From assembly GCA_907165135.1 (NCBI GenBank), contig OU015568.1, positions 8,680,001-8,744,000 on the forward strand: a DNA stretch of 64,000 nt, written 5' to 3'. The notes under the pieces were generated by a model. The model saw only the letters and a list, made by a program, of their open reading frames with translations. It was not told where the DNA came from and searched no databases. Of the stretch, positions 33,101 through 48,100 are shown in pieces. The position numbers and the translations under genes were made by a program. Source of the DNA: Oikopleura dioica (lineage: Eukaryota > Animalia > Chordata). Each line of letters opens with the position of its first letter. Position 1 is the first letter of the stretch.

Positions 33101-36100
33101 TTCCCTCGGAGTTGTTCCATCGAGTGACTGGAGCTGGCTTACCGATGACTGGGATTCGGAGGTCGACGTTCTCGCCAGCGCGACAAGTGTAGCTGGACAT
33201 GTAAAGTTGACGCATATCCAAATCAGGAGCAATGATGTGGTCCTTGGCGACTTCAGTCAATCGAGTCTCAATAGGCTCAGAAAGGCCGATTGCGTTCTTG
33301 GCCATAACTCGGAAAACGTAACCAGCACCCTCCTTGAGGTTGGTGCAGGTGTAGGTGTTCTTGGTTGTGGTGCCCTGTTCGAGCCAGGTTTCAGCACCAA
33401 CAACAGAGAGGGCCATTTCCACAACGTAACCGGTGACAGCAGATCCTCCATCAGAAAGTGGCTTAGTCCAGGCGATCTGGCCAGTAGATTTGGTCATCTC
33501 GACAACATCGATAGACATTGGCTGATCAGGCTTAGAAGCAATGATCGATGGCTCCTCGGTGACGCCTTCTTTACCATCGCCGTACTTGTTGACACCTCTG
33601 ACTCGGAAGAAATAGCTTTCGCCAGTGATAAGAGATTTGACAACGCACATTTCTCGCTCGCACTTGTCCGTGACAGTAGTCCAAGATTTTTTATCAGCGG
33701 TCTTCTTCTCAACAATGTAGTGAGTGATAGGAGCACAACCGTCATTGGCAGGAGTATCCCAAGTGAGCTTGACATCATCCTTTCCGATATCGGCAACGCG
33801 AACGTTGAGTGGAGCAGATGGCGCATCAATAACTCTGACGGAGACAGCGCCATCTTTAGATCCAGCTGCAGATTCCAAAACAAATTCGTATCGTCCAGAA
33901 TCAAGAACAGTAGCTCGCTCGATAATAAGAGTAGATCGACCCTTCTGAGTGTCGACAACAGCGAGCTCGTTCAAGTCGCCTTCAGCTTTTCTCCAGGTGA
34001 TAGTTGGCTCTGGTCGACCCTTCATCTTCAAGCTGATTCGGAACGTAGCGCCGGCCTTGACCATCATAGTGCGCTGGCATTCGACATCAAGCTCGAACAT
34101 TGGTGGCTCGACAATATCGTCGGCAGTGACCCATCCAGAGTCCTGAGAAGCGTCAGAAGCCCCAACATCATTACAAGCAATAACTCGGAAAGCGATCATC
34201 TTCTGATCAAGTCCAGTGATCTTGTACTCAGTATCTGGAATTGGAAGTGCAGTGACTGGCTGGTAATTGATATCATCAGCAGCAGCGTCTTGAACAGCCA
34301 TTTCGACGATGTAGTTCTTGATTGGAGCACCGCCATCATGAATTGGCTTAGCCCATCGAAGATGGATCATATTCTTGTTAGAGTCAACAATCTTTGGCGA
34401 TCCAGGCTTGGATGGTGGGTAGAGTGGATCCTGAGCAGTTCCGTAGTCAGAAGCTTCAGATACAGCGCCAACACCGGCCTTGTTAATAGCAGAAACGCGG
34501 AATTCGTACTCGTTACCGGCCTGGAGGTGAGCAACACGAAGTCGACACTCGTGGACAGCGCTCTTGTGAGCGCGGACCCAGTTCATGTTCTTCTTGTTAC
34601 GACGCTCAACCTGGTAGCCAGTGATTTGGCTGCCACCATCATGAGTAGGTCTATCCCAAGTGATGGTGATAGAGTCAGACATGGTTGCGGCGATCTTTGG
34701 CTTTCCAGGAGCTCTTGGAACAGTGAAGTCGTTCTTGATGACAACAGCTTCGGATTCTTTAGGATATCCGGTTCCGTATTTGTTTGCGGGACTGACTCGG
34801 AAGATGTACTGGTTATCCTTGATTAATCTTTTGATGGTGCAGTTGGTCTGTCTGCAATCATCATCGACAGTAGTCCAAATAAGTCGGCTTGTTTCTCGCT
34901 TTTCGACAATGTATCGCTGAATTTCGCTGCCACCAGTTTCCTTTGGTGGAGACCACTGAAGTCGGACTCGTTCTTCAGTGACACCGTAGACCTTAACTTG
35001 GTCAACAGCGCCAGGTCGGTCGAGAACGGCAATATGGCAAGACAAGCTAGCAGTTCCGTAGTGGTTGGAAACAGTGCAGTTGTAATCGCCAGCGTGTTTA
35101 AGCTTTGAATCCTTGATCAAGAGCTCAGAGGTCTTGGGGCCGTTGGTGATCTTGACAAAGTCGTTTTCGCGGACATCAGCGTTACCGTGCATCCAGGCAA
35201 CACGTGGGATAGGCTTGCCGCTGATCTTAGCGGTAATCAAGATATCCTGGCCAGCTCGGACAGTGCAGCCCTCAAGAAGAGTCTGATCGAATTCAACAGA
35301 AGCTGGAATGTAGACATCCTTAACGTCGATTTCGACAACTGGCTTGCAAGGCTTGGAAGAGCAGCCAGCAGTGTTGCGAGCGATAACTCGGAAGTCATAG
35401 CAGCAGCCATCGATGAGGTCGGTGACGGTGTAGTGGAGGGTCTGGACGCCGGTGAAGTTGGCCTTCTGCCAGATCTTTCCGGGATGCTTTCGGTATTCGA
35501 TGTCGTAACCAGCAAGTCGGTGACCACCAGTGTACTTAGGGCCAACCCAAGAAAGAGAAACAGTAGAAGCGGTGATGTCATCAACCTTGAGATCATAGGG
35601 CGCATCGCAAGGATCAAGAGCCTTAGCGCACCAAGTTGGATCAGAAGGTTCAGAAGCACCGGCAATGTTGCAAGCACGAACTCGGAACTGATACTCGAGG
35701 CCTTCGATGAGACCGTTGACTCGGCCTTCAGTCGATCTGGTTTCACATCCTTCCTTCCAGAATTGAGAGTTGTTTTCTCTAAATTCAACGATGTAGTGAG
35801 TGACTCGTGAGCCGCCAGATTTTCGTGGAGGGCTGAAGTCGATGGTCATAGATTCCTTGTGAATCTCGCTAATGGCAACATCCTGTGGAGCAGATGGAAC
35901 GGCGAATGGATACTTGGCAAGAGCAGTTTCAGTCACAACAGGGGTAGAAAGACCGATTCGGTTCTCAGCCATGACGCGGAAAGTGTATTCGAGTCCAGCA
36001 ACAAGGCCAGAGATTCGGCAATTAGTTCTGCTGACAGAATTCGACACCAAGTTCCAGTTGCAGGAGTCGTTGTCTCGCTTTTCAACAGTGTAGCCAGAAA

Positions 36101-39100
36101 TATCAGCTCCGCCAGTATCTTTCGGCATATTCCAGTTGAGAAGAGCGAAGTCAGCATTGATTTCGACGATTTCAAGCTTTTCAACAGGCTCAGGTCGTCC
36201 AAGGACAACGATTCGCATCTTAGCAGAAACTTCACCAGCAGAGTTCGAAGCAATCATCTGGTACGAACCAGCATCTTCTTTGTGCACGTTCTTGTTGATA
36301 AACATTGAACACCATGTGGAGTTGTCGATTTCAGTGCGAGAATCCTCCTTGACAGTGACATAGAGATCATCTTCTTCGAGCTTCTTCCATCGAATTTCTG
36401 GCTTAGGCTTACCAGTGAAAGGAATCTTGATCTTCTTGGAAGTTCCCTCTCGAAGATAAACAGTATTGCTTGGGTAGTCAGAAGTATTGACGGTTGGCTT
36501 TTCAGATGGATCTCGGCCAGCGATGATCTTTTCTCGTGGCTCACCGACTCCAGCAATGGATTTGGCCGAGATTCGGACAACATATTCGACGTCCATCTCC
36601 ATACCAGTGCATTTGTAGATGCAGTTCTTCTGGAAGTTGAGCTCGATCCATTTTTCTTTCTTTGCATCAAAGTCGGCCTTTTTGCACCATTCGATGAGAT
36701 ATCCAGTGATTCTAGAGCCGCCATCGTATTCTGGCTTGGCCCAGACAAAGTTGGCAAATGTCTTAGTTGCAGCGGTAATCTCGAATTTTGTGATTGGACC
36801 AGGAGTCTGGCAGACACGGATTGGGCCGATCACAGCGCCAGCACCGACACCATATTCGTTCTCACCAAGAACTCGGAAGTTGTAGTTTCGGCCAAGTTCA
36901 AGTCCAGTGACGTTGATGGAGCACTTGGGATTTTCAGTAGCAAAAGTAGACCAGGCCTTTCGTCCGGAAAGCTGTTTCTCAACGATGTAGTTGCTGACAG
37001 CAGATCCACCATCAATATCGGGAAGCTCCCAGGTAAGTTGTACGGTGTTTGACTTGATATCTTTAACGGCCAAAGCATTAACTGGGCCAGGAGAATCAAG
37101 AACACGAACGTTCACTTGGGCTTGCTTATTGCCAGCATTGTTTTCAACGAGCATGATGTACTTGCCAGTATCATTTCGAGTAGCCTCGGTAATGACAAGA
37201 GAAGCATCCCAATCAGATTGCTTGATTTCAGCACGGTTGAGTGCGATCTCCCCGTCAAGTTTGCTCCAGCTCACCTTGGGTGCAGGGCGAGCAGAAATCT
37301 TTGCGTAGATTCGAATTGGCGCACCTGCTCGGACCATGATTGTTCGCTGGCAAGTGGCGTCGAGCTCGATCTCAGGAACTTCGACGATATCAATTGGAAT
37401 GAAAGGCTCTTCGAGAACGGAGGGTTCAGATTCGCCAGCCTGATTAACAGCAGTAATCTGAGCTCGATATTCTCGGCCGCCAGTAAGACCAGTAACATTG
37501 ACGCTGCAGACCTTAGAAGCGCCAAATTTGACGAATTTTTCTGGGTCTTCTGGCTTGGCAATGTAGACGTTGTAGCCAGTAATTTCTAGACCTCCGTCGT
37601 AGGCGGGCTTAGTCCACTTGATAAAGGCAGATGATCGAGTCATATCGGCGAGCTTGGGGAAGGCTGGTGGTGCTGGTGGATAAGTTGGATCAGCAGCCAC
37701 AACAGATCGAGAAGGTCCAGATGGGTCACCAAGACCAGCGCTGTTTTCAGCAATGACTCGGAATTCGTACTCAGTTCCTTCAGAAAGTCCGCCGCACTTG
37801 TAAGTTCGATCAAGAACAGCTCGTCGGTTGACCTTAGACCACTGGAAGTTCTTAGTCTCACGCTTTTCAACGTAGTAACCGGAAATTGGTTTTCCGCCAT
37901 CATCAGATGGGACCTTCCATGAAAGAGTGACAGTGGAAGCGGTCGAGTTCTGGATCATTGGTGGGTTGCAAGCCTTTGGTGGACCGAAAGGATTCTTAGC
38001 AACAACGGCTTCAGAAATCTTTGGCTGACCAAGACCGAATTTGTTTTCAGCAGTAACTCGGAAGACGTATTCGTGCTGCGCAATCAGCTTGGGCACAGTA
38101 AAGTCAGTCGAGACAATAGCCGAAGAAACAACAACCCAGGTTGGTCGAGAGGTTTCTCGCTTCTCAACAACGTAGTTTGTGACAGCAGAACCACCATCAA
38201 GGGCAGGAGCATCCCAAGAAAGGTTAAGTTTCTCGGCAAAGACTCGAGAGATCTTGATATTTTCTGGAGGACCAGGCTTGTCAAGAATGACAACCTTGAC
38301 CTTCTGAACAGCTTCGCCGGATGGATTCTTAGCAGAAACGACGTAGTCACCACCGCTAGAGAGGTTCACATTCTTGAGAGTGAAGACAGATCGGTTCAAA
38401 GATGTCTTGATGGTCTGGCTTTCACCGAAAGATCCAAGTGGAGCCTCACCCTTCATCCATTTGATTTCAGGCTTTGGCTTGCCCTGGAATTTAGCATCAA
38501 TAACGAGCTCTTCACCAGCTCTGATTTCAAGCTGATTTTTGCTATCAAGTCCAGCAACATCAAGAGATGGAGGAAGAATTTCCTGTCGAACAAGGACTGG
38601 ACCAAGGGACTCAGACCAAGGAGAAACAGTTGCGATAGTCTTGGCGCAGACTCGGAACTCGTACTGAGCACCTTCTTCCAATTCTTTGATAGTGGCGTGG
38701 TTGTTGGGATAGCGTGCATGTGCCTTCTCCCACCAGAGACCATCAGGAAGTTTTCGCATTTCGACCGTGTAGCTGACGACACGAGTACCACCATCTTTTC
38801 GTGGTTCATTCCAGGAGATTTCAGCGTGGCTGTTGGAAACGTCGACAACTTCAAGATTCATTGGTGGATCGCAAGGCTCTCGGATGCAAACAGGCTCAGT
38901 TGGCTTAGACAAAGCTCCCTGTCCGCACTGATTAACAGCAGCAACTCGGAACTGATATTCGAGTGATTCAATGAGAGAAATGTCGTTGAATTCTCGTCGC
39001 TTGATCAGACCCTTGTTGACCTTGTACCAAAGGATAGAGTTAACTTCCTTGCGTTCGATGTTGTAACCCTTGATAGTTGCACCGCCATCATTAGCTGGAG

Positions 39101-42100
39101 CTTCCCAAGACATGAGGCAAGAGTCTCGAGTGATTCGAACGATCTTGAGCGATCTTGGCTCTTCTGGTGGATTGAATTGGTATTTGGCGACCATGTTCTC
39201 GGAGAGAAGCGATTCAGACTGGCCAACCTTGTTTTCAGCTCGAACTCGGAAGATGTACTCAGAGCCCTTGTTGAGTTTGTCAACGCGGTAGACGCATCGG
39301 CTGACAGTGGAAGAAAGAGTCTTCCAGCCAGAAACCTGGACTTCCATAGCCTCAACGATGTATCCATTGATACCGCATCCACCATCATCAGCGGAAGGCT
39401 CCCAGTTAAGAGTGCAAGAGTCGACGGAAACATCAGTGAAGACAATTGGGCCGACTGGAACAGTAGGAGCATCAAGAACAGTGACTTCACACTTGACAGA
39501 AGAAACACCGTGTTTGTTCTTAGCATTGAGCTGGTAGATTCTAGAATCTCCTCGGTTAGACTTCATGCAAAGAATGGTAGCTCGTTTGTTAGTTCGCTGG
39601 GTAGAAAGTCGATCAGTTTCGGCGATTTCTTCCATGGTTTCACCATCGACCCACTGGACGAATGGTTTAGGCTCACCAGAAACGAGAGCGTCAATCTGAA
39701 TTGGCTCGCCAGCTCTGACATGCATTTCCTTGATCATGTTGATAAGGGGCTTCTCAGCAGGCTCCTTGACGGTGATCCATTCAGTTTCTCGTCGAGAACC
39801 GGTAAGAGACTCGTTCTTGGCCTTGATAGCGAACATGTACTTCGAGTTCTCCTCAAGTCCGTGAACAGTGCACTCGGTATCGATGATATCTCGATAAGTT
39901 CTGTAATTGTCAGCATCCTTTGGTCGGATTTCGACAGTGTATCCAGTAATCTTGGATCCACCGGTATCAGCAGGAGCTTCCCAAGTAAGAGTGCATCGGT
40001 CCTTAGCCATTTCGCTAACTTGGAGTCGGCCAACTGGTCCGGGCTCGGTGAGAGGCTTTCGAGCTCGAGTTGCCTTGAGAGTTTCAAAGACAACACCTTC
40101 ACCCCACTTGTTGACAGCGACGATTCGGAAATAGTACTCTTTGCCTTCAAATAGCTTATCGACCTTGACAGACTGTCGGGTGAGCTCGTGATCAACTCGC
40201 GACCAGGTCTTTTGGTCAGACTCACGCTTGTCAAGTCTGTAGTGTGTGATTTCAGCACCACCGTCGTTGTCTGGAGCGCTGAAAGTAATGGAACAACCGT
40301 TTTCAGTGACATCCTTGACGACAACATCTTGGACTTTACCAGGAGTGTCCTGGACAGTAACATTGATGTTGACTGAGGCAGAGCTCTTTTCGTTTGAAAC
40401 CGTAAGAGTGTATCGACCAGAGTCATTTCGATCAGCAGTTGGGATCAAGAGAGAAGTAGAATCAGCCTTGATGTCAACATCAGCTCGTCGGCTGATAGAT
40501 TCGCCAACCTTCGACCATTTGGCAGTTGGAGCAGGTCGACCAGAAAACTTAGCCTGAAGAAGGAGTTGCTGACCAGCTCGAATATAAGTTCGTTGCTGGA
40601 ATTCTCTGGCAATTTCGATCGAGGGCTCGATAGAAATGTCTTCGGGCTGGAAGAGCTCTTCGATCTCGGCGTATTCTCCAGTTCCCGCGTTGTTAATGCA
40701 AGCAACTCGGAAGAAATACTTTTCCTCGGGTTTGAGAGAAGCAACGGTGTAGCCACTGACTCGAATAGACGGTTTGATATCGATTCGAGACCACAAGTTG
40801 TAAGCCTTATCCTTTTCTTTGCAGTATTCAAGGACGAATCCGATAAGTGGAGATCCACCATCATAAGCTGGAGCAGCCCAAGAAAGAGATGCAGAAGAGG
40901 CTGATTGATCAACAATCTTAAAGCCTAAAGGGGCTTGTGGCACAACAATAGGATCATGAGGCTTGATTGGCTTGGAAACCATGGATGGCTCGGAAACACC
41001 AACTTCGTTTTCAGCTCGAATTCGGAACTGATACTCGATCTGGTCAGACAGTCCAAGAGCCTTGTATCGTCGGTCAGGAACGGAATGCATGTTGCATGGC
41101 ACCCATCTGACACCCTTCTTTTCTCGTTTTTCGATAAAGTAGCCGAGGATGGATTTGCCACCATCAGATTCTGGCTCAGCCCAGCTAAGCTGAACAAAGT
41201 CCTTGGTGAACTTGGTGATTTCAGGCTGTGGTGGAGCTGAAGGAGGAGAGAAGGGGTTCTTAGCAACCATTGGGCTAGATTCGATGTAGTGAGAAACTCC
41301 CATCTTATTCTGAGCGCGAACTCTGAAGATGTACTCATTTCCTTCAACAAGATGAGGTGCAGTAACGATTGGAACTCGAATAGATTCAGTGACGATGCCC
41401 CAAACCATTCTGTTAGTAGCGGCCTTTTCGATGCAATAGTTGGTGATTGGAGTTCCTCCATCGTCCTTTGGCAAATCCCATGAGAGGGTCATTCTATCCT
41501 TCATGACAGTAATGAATCGAATAGGACCAGTGCAAGGAGCAGGCTTGTCGATAACAGTAATGTTGCAGGTAGCAGTAGCTTCTCCGTACTCGTTGGTAGC
41601 AACGATGTTGTAGTTGCCAGAGTGTTCTCTAGCGCAACCATTGATGACGAGCTCAGTTTCATTTTCTCTGTTGTTAACCGAGCATTTTGGCACTTTGAAC
41701 ATGTCCTTATCGCCGTTCATGATCTTGACATCAGGGTATGGGATTCCAGAGACCTTGGCAAGAAGTTTTAGGGTAGTGCCAGCCTTGACGACCAAGTTGC
41801 CCTTCTCGAGCTTGGTAGCGATCTCGCAAGTTGGTGGAGCGGCGTCATCTTTCATTTCAATAGGGCCGACAGTCACGTGGTCAGAGTTACCAGCCTTGTT
41901 CGTGGCAACGACGGAGAATGTCCAGCTGTCACCTTCGGCAATACCAGAGCTGACCTTGATTCGCTTGGTTTTGAAAGCTTCTCGGTTAACAAGCTCTTCG
42001 AATTCCTTGGAGGCACCCTTCTTTCCGAGAACCTTGTAGTGAGAAATTGGCTCTCCACCATCCCATTCAGGTCGTTCGTAAGTGAACTCGATGAAGTCTT

Positions 42101-45100
42101 TGCCTCGAGAGTGAATCTTGACATCTCGAACAGGCATTGGCTTAACGAATGGATCGACCATGCAAGTTGGCTTTTGGTTTCGACGGATGGACCTTGACCG
42201 CACTTGTTTTCGGCAGTAACTCGGAAGAAGTAGTCGTGACCTTCAGAGCCTCGAGCCTTGATCATTCGCTTGGTGCCTTCGGAAGAAACCAAAGACCAGC
42301 CCATGAAGCTGAATCCTGGTTGCTGTGGCTCTCGCATTTCAAGGACGTAGTTGATGACTTCAGTGCCACCTTCATCCTCTGGAGCATCCCAAGAAACGAC
42401 GCAGCCACCCTTGGAAGGATAGCTAGTTCGGATATTTCGGCATGGGCCGGGCTTGTCAAGAATATTGATGGAAATCTTTCCACTAGCCTCGCCAGCTTCG
42501 TTCTTTGCAGTGACAATGTAATCACCAGAATCGGATCGAACAGAGTCCTTCATCTTCATCTCAACACCGAGGGGAGTTTCTTTGAAGAAGAATCGTTCAG
42601 ATTCAATAGGTTTGCCCTTGTAGCTCCAAGTGACTTCTGGCGCGGGTTTGCCTCGGATGATTGCTCCGACCTTGACGATGTTACCGACTCGGTAGTTGTG
42701 GACACCTCGGACACCTTGTTCAACTTCCACCTCGGGCTCGATGAGGATATCTTTGCACTGAACAGTTTCAGAAAGCTCAGCCCACTCAGATTCGCTAAAT
42801 TCAGTGACAGCACAAACTCGAAGTCGGTACTTCTGCTTGTCCTTGAGACCGTTGATTTTGTAGGTGTTAGAGAGAGAAGCGTTCTGATTAGCTCGTTTCC
42901 AGTCTTCCTGTCCATACAGCTGGAGCTCAAGGAAATAACCAAGAATTGGTTTTCCTCCATCCTTGAGTGGCTTGTTCCAAGTAGCGGTGATAGAATTCTT
43001 AGAAACATCAAGAATTTTGATGTTGAATGGAGCGCCTGGAGCAGTAACTGGTCGCTCAGCAGTAAAAACTTCAGAAGGATCAGATGGCTTAGACTTTCCA
43101 CCAGCGTTCTCGGAAGTTACACGGAACTGATATTGTCGTCCGTCGAAAAGTCCCTTCACTCGCATAGTGTTACCAAGAATTGGCTCGTGATTGCACTTGG
43201 CCCACTTGCCAGTTTCCTTGTCGAGTCGCTCAATAGTGTAACCAAGGATTGGGCTTCCACCGTCGGACTCAGGAGTTTTCCAGGTTACAGTGCAAGCAGA
43301 TTCGATGATATCGACAACCTTTGGTGGGAGAGTCTTCTGTGGTGGTTCGAAAGAGTGCTTTGCAATGACAGGCTCAGAAATGAGTGGTTCAGAGACGCCA
43401 TATTTGTTCTCAGCTCGAACTCGGAAGAGATAAGACTTGCCGGCAATAAGTCGGGGGACCTTGATTTTGTTTCGGCTGCCCTTTGAAGAAACCATTGACC
43501 ACTGTTCTTTTGGTGGTGGGAGGCCTTCCTTGACAGGCTTTTGCTGGAGTTTCTCGACGATGTAGTTAGAGATTGTGTTTCCACCATCGTCTTTTGGTGC
43601 TTGCCAGCCGATAACAGCGTATTCTGGAGTAACTTCCTCCATTTGAATGGGTCCAACTGGGGGTTCTGGTCGATCAAGAACAGTGCAGTGAATGACAGCA
43701 GTCTTTGCACCAGCATCGTTCTTGGCGGTCAAAGAGTATTCACCGGTGTCGCCTCGCTGAGCCTTTTTGATCAAAAGGATAGAAGATCCCTTTTCTTCTT
43801 GAATCTCAACTCGGTTCTCCTCAGTGCTTTCAAGTGGCTCGCCGCTAGCACTTGCCCAGACGGTTTCCGGAGCAGGAATACCCTTTACCATGGCGGGCAC
43901 TGTGATCGTAGAACCAGCTCGAACAGTCAAGCCTTCAAGGATCTTCACGTTGATGTTGATTGAAGGAGAAATGAGCTTAGCAGTTGGAACAACTGGAATA
44001 GTTGAGTCAGGTCGACCTTCACCGGCTTCGTTGATGGCTCGAACTCGGAATTTGTAGGCAACATTTTCCATGAGTCCAGTAACGGTGCACTTGAAAGTAG
44101 AGACGGTCTTGTAGTCTTCCCATGCGCTGATCTTTGTCTGCTTCTCGCCGTATTCATCTTCGACTTCTTCTTCAGTGCACATTTCGATTCTGTAAGATGT
44201 GACTGGAGAACCGCCATCTCGACCAGGTCGGTTCCATGCGAGGGAGATGTTATCCTTGTCGATATCAGTGACTTCCAAGTTCTGTGGGATAGATGGAGGA
44301 TGGATTGGGTTTCGAGCGATTACTTCATCAGTCTCAGCTGGTCGACCCATACCGAAGCAGTTCTCTGCGAAAACTCGGAATCGGTAAGTTTCTCCTTCGA
44401 TCAAATATTTGACCTCAATGTTGTTCTTCTTGTGAGAAAGAGCAATAGGCTTCCAATCCTGATTTCCATCGCCCTTGGCAATTCGCTCAACTCGGTAGTG
44501 GCTGATAACAGTTCCGCCATTGTCAGATGGAGTCTTCCAAGAAAGTCGAAGAGACTCAGCGTGAACTTCAGTGATTTTCATGTCACGTGGTGGCGATGGA
44601 ATGTCAAGAACGGACACAAAACAGGAAGCAACCTTCTTGCCCATAGAGTTTTCGGCCTGAATGCAGAATCGGCCAGTGTGAGCTCGCTGAGCGTCGACGA
44701 TGATGAGTTTAGTTCGGTTGTCCTGAGTCTGAATAAGCTTAGACTCAATCTCTTTATCGCCATTGACGGGGTCGTTCTTGATCCACTTGACAGTTGGCTT
44801 TGGAGTACCAGAAATAACGGCTGAAAGGACAAGCTCGCTACCAGCCTTGACTACTCGTTCGTTGACCATGTTGCCATCGGGAGTGATTTCTGGTGGAGCA
44901 AGCTTTTCGACAACAACAACAGTATCTCGCATAACTCCGGGCTCGGAAGTGCCAGCGGCATTAACAGCCTTTACTCGAATGTAGTACTCGAACGACTCAG
45001 TAAGGTCAGGAATGAGGAAGCTTGTAGTCTTCTGAGTTTCAGAAGTACACCAGGTCTTCCAGACGTCAGTGCCGACCTTGTTTGTTTCAACAATGTATCC

Positions 45101-48100
45101 ATCGATGGCGCAGTTTCCATTGTGTCGTGGTGGGTTCCAGCTAATGGAAACGGTGCTGCCCTTGATAGCATTTACACCAATGTTGATTGGCATAGATGGT
45201 GGGTTGATTGGATCTCGGCAGAGCACAGCCTTGGATGGAACAGATGCCGGAGAAAGACCAATGGAGTTTTCAGCCATAACTCGGAATTCGTACTCGTTTC
45301 CTTCGAGCAGTTCTCGAACGGTGTACTTGTTCTCAGTGATGAGCTCCTTTGTGACTCGGATCCATCGCTCGGATTGAGTCTCTCGTTTCTCAACTCGGTA
45401 GTTGAGAATTCGCTTGCCGCCATCATATGGCTTGTTCCATTCGAGAAGAACACGGTCCTTGAAAGTTTCCTTGGCTCGGACATTGTCAGGGGCATCTGGG
45501 ATCTTGTATCGATCTCGAATGACCACAGTGGGAGTGTCAACAGGATCGGAAAGACCGTAGCTGTTTTCAGCCATGACTCGGAACTGGAATTCTCCGTTTT
45601 CTCTGAGCTTAGAAACTCGGATTTCGTTCTTGAGGCAGGCGTTGTTGACAGTGAGCCACATCATTCGCTGCATATCCTTCTTTTCAACGACGTAGTTGGA
45701 GATTGTCTCACCGCCGTCATCTTCAGGATCGTCCCACTTGAGGAGAACAAACTCACGAGTGACTTCAACAACGTCAAGGTTGCGGACAAGAGCAGGCTTG
45801 TCAGCAATGACGACTTCGACTCGTGCGGATTTCTCACCAGCACTGTTGGCGACCTTGATATTGTACATACCAGAGTCTTTTCGCTCGGCGTTGTAGATGG
45901 AGAGCATTGAGGTAGTTGCGGTGTTCTTTGTTCGGATTCGATCAGCAGCAGGAAGCTCGTGGTTGTTATGAGTCCATGTGACTCGTGGAGAAGGCTTGCC
46001 ACCGATAAAGGCAGGAATCTGGAGAGAGTTACCAACTCGGCAGATAAGCTTTTCTCGGCAATCAAGGTCGAGCTTTGGCATAATGATTAGATCTCGGCAG
46101 ATGCAAGGCTTGGTGGGGAAGGATGGCTTTCCAGCACCCATTTCGTTGAAAGCAATGACTCGGAATTCGAAGTTGTCACCTTCAGAGAATCCAGTTAAAG
46201 TAGCCTGGCAGTCAGAGAAAGCTTTTTCGGAGGCTTCAACGTATCGCTCCTGACCGACTCGTCGTTTTTCAACAACGTAGTGAGTGATTGGAGCACCACC
46301 ATCGAAAGCAGGAGTTTTCCAGCTAAGAAGAACTCGATCTCGCATGACATCTTCATACTTGAGCTCTTCAGGTCGAGCAGGAGTGCCGACAGGATCTCGA
46401 GAAGTAATTGGAAGAGCAGTCTCAAGGAAAGGTCCAACGCCCATGACGTTTTCAGCGGCGACTCGGAACATGTAGCTCTCATCAGGCTGCAAGCCCTGGA
46501 TGACAATCTTTGTTCGAGTGACAGACATCGAGACCTTTGTCCAGGATCGTCGAGAAGATTCTCGCTTTTCGACAATGTAGTTAGTGATTTCAGTACCACC
46601 ATTGTCTTCTGGCTTCTGCCATTCAAGCGTGACTGAATCCTTGACGATATTGGTGCAGTTAACTGGGCCAACAGGGAGACCAGGAACGGACAAAACGTTG
46701 ACGTTGATGTCGGCAGAGATTGATTTCTCGCCAGCCTGAGCTGTGATTGTGTAGACACCAGCGTGTTCTCGCTCAGAAGATCGGATGGTCAAAGTGTGGT
46801 TAATGACTGAGCTGTCGATTCGAGCAAGTTCTGGTACATCTTCTCCCTTGAATTTCCAGGAAACGGTTGGCTCTGGTCGACCAGTGACATAAGCAACAAG
46901 TCGAAGCTGCTTGCCGTTCTTGACAGTCAGGCCATCCTTGAGAAGAGCATCGAGTTTGATTTCAGGGTCGATCTTGATTTCTTCAACAACGACGTATTCT
47001 TCAAGAGTAGCTGGTTCAGACTGACCGGCTTCATTGACAGCCAAGACTCGGAACTTGATCTTTTAGATCGGTCGAGATCCTTGACAGTAACGTCATGGCT
47101 GCGGACTTCATGGCCGTAGACCTTCTCCCAAAGTTCCTCGGGCTCCTTTTCAGGATCTTCTGGAACGGTTCGAGTACCTTCGTAGTGTTTTTCAATGAAA
47201 TAGCCTCGGACCTTTGATCCGCCATCAGCCTCAGGCGAGTTCCATCGAAGATTGACAGTGCTGTCTGTCTTGTCATGGACGGCAAAGTTTCTTGGCTCAC
47301 TTGGTGGATGAATTGGTGGTCGGGCAATAGCACCAAGAGAAGGCTGAGAGAATTCAGAAGTACCAGCAGCATTGACAGCAGCAACTCTGTAAAGGTACTC
47401 TGTGCCCTCGTTAAGACCTCGAACTCGATATTCTTCGTTGGGAATGAGCTCATGAACGACTCGAGTCCATTTTCGCTGGATTCGAGTTCGCTTTTCGAGA
47501 ATGTACCCATTGATAGCAGCTCCGCCGTTGTCACTTGGAGGATCCCATCGAACAGTCATGGAATCTCGAAGAACGCCATCGACGAGTGGTGGTTCCATTC
47601 GGCCAGTGACTTCGCACAAGTTCTTCGCGACAAATGGCTCAGATTTGAGGTAAGGACCTTGGCCGTACTGGTTGACAGCAGCGACACGGTAGATGTAGTG
47701 CTTGCCCTTGTGAAGCTCTGTAGAAGTAACTTCGCAAGATTTGAGCTCTTCACCAACTGGAGCCCAGTACTGTCGGTCAGTGACACATCGTTCAACGATG
47801 TAGTGGCTGATGTGACATCCACCGTCATCGACTGGAGGAAGCCAAGTAATAGACTGCGAGGAAGCAGTGCAGTTTGCAAGAGTGATTGGGCCAGAAGGTG
47901 CACCAGGCTTGGAAAGAATGACGACCATAATCTGCTTAGAACCAACGCCAGCGGCATTAGTTGCGCGAACGGTGTACGATCCCTTGTCGTCTCGGACACT
48001 CTCGTCGATAATGAGGTTACTGGAGCCAACCTCATTCTTCACCTTGACTCGTGGATCAGTAATTGGCTGATCGTTCTTGAGCCATTCAACCTCCGGAATC

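Noticed and set aside
42172-47064. Two frame breaks in titin (42172-75 and 47061-64)
   Set aside because: Both are AAAA(A)G runs lacking one base, with seamless domain continuity across them and no intron signals. Treated as sequencing error.
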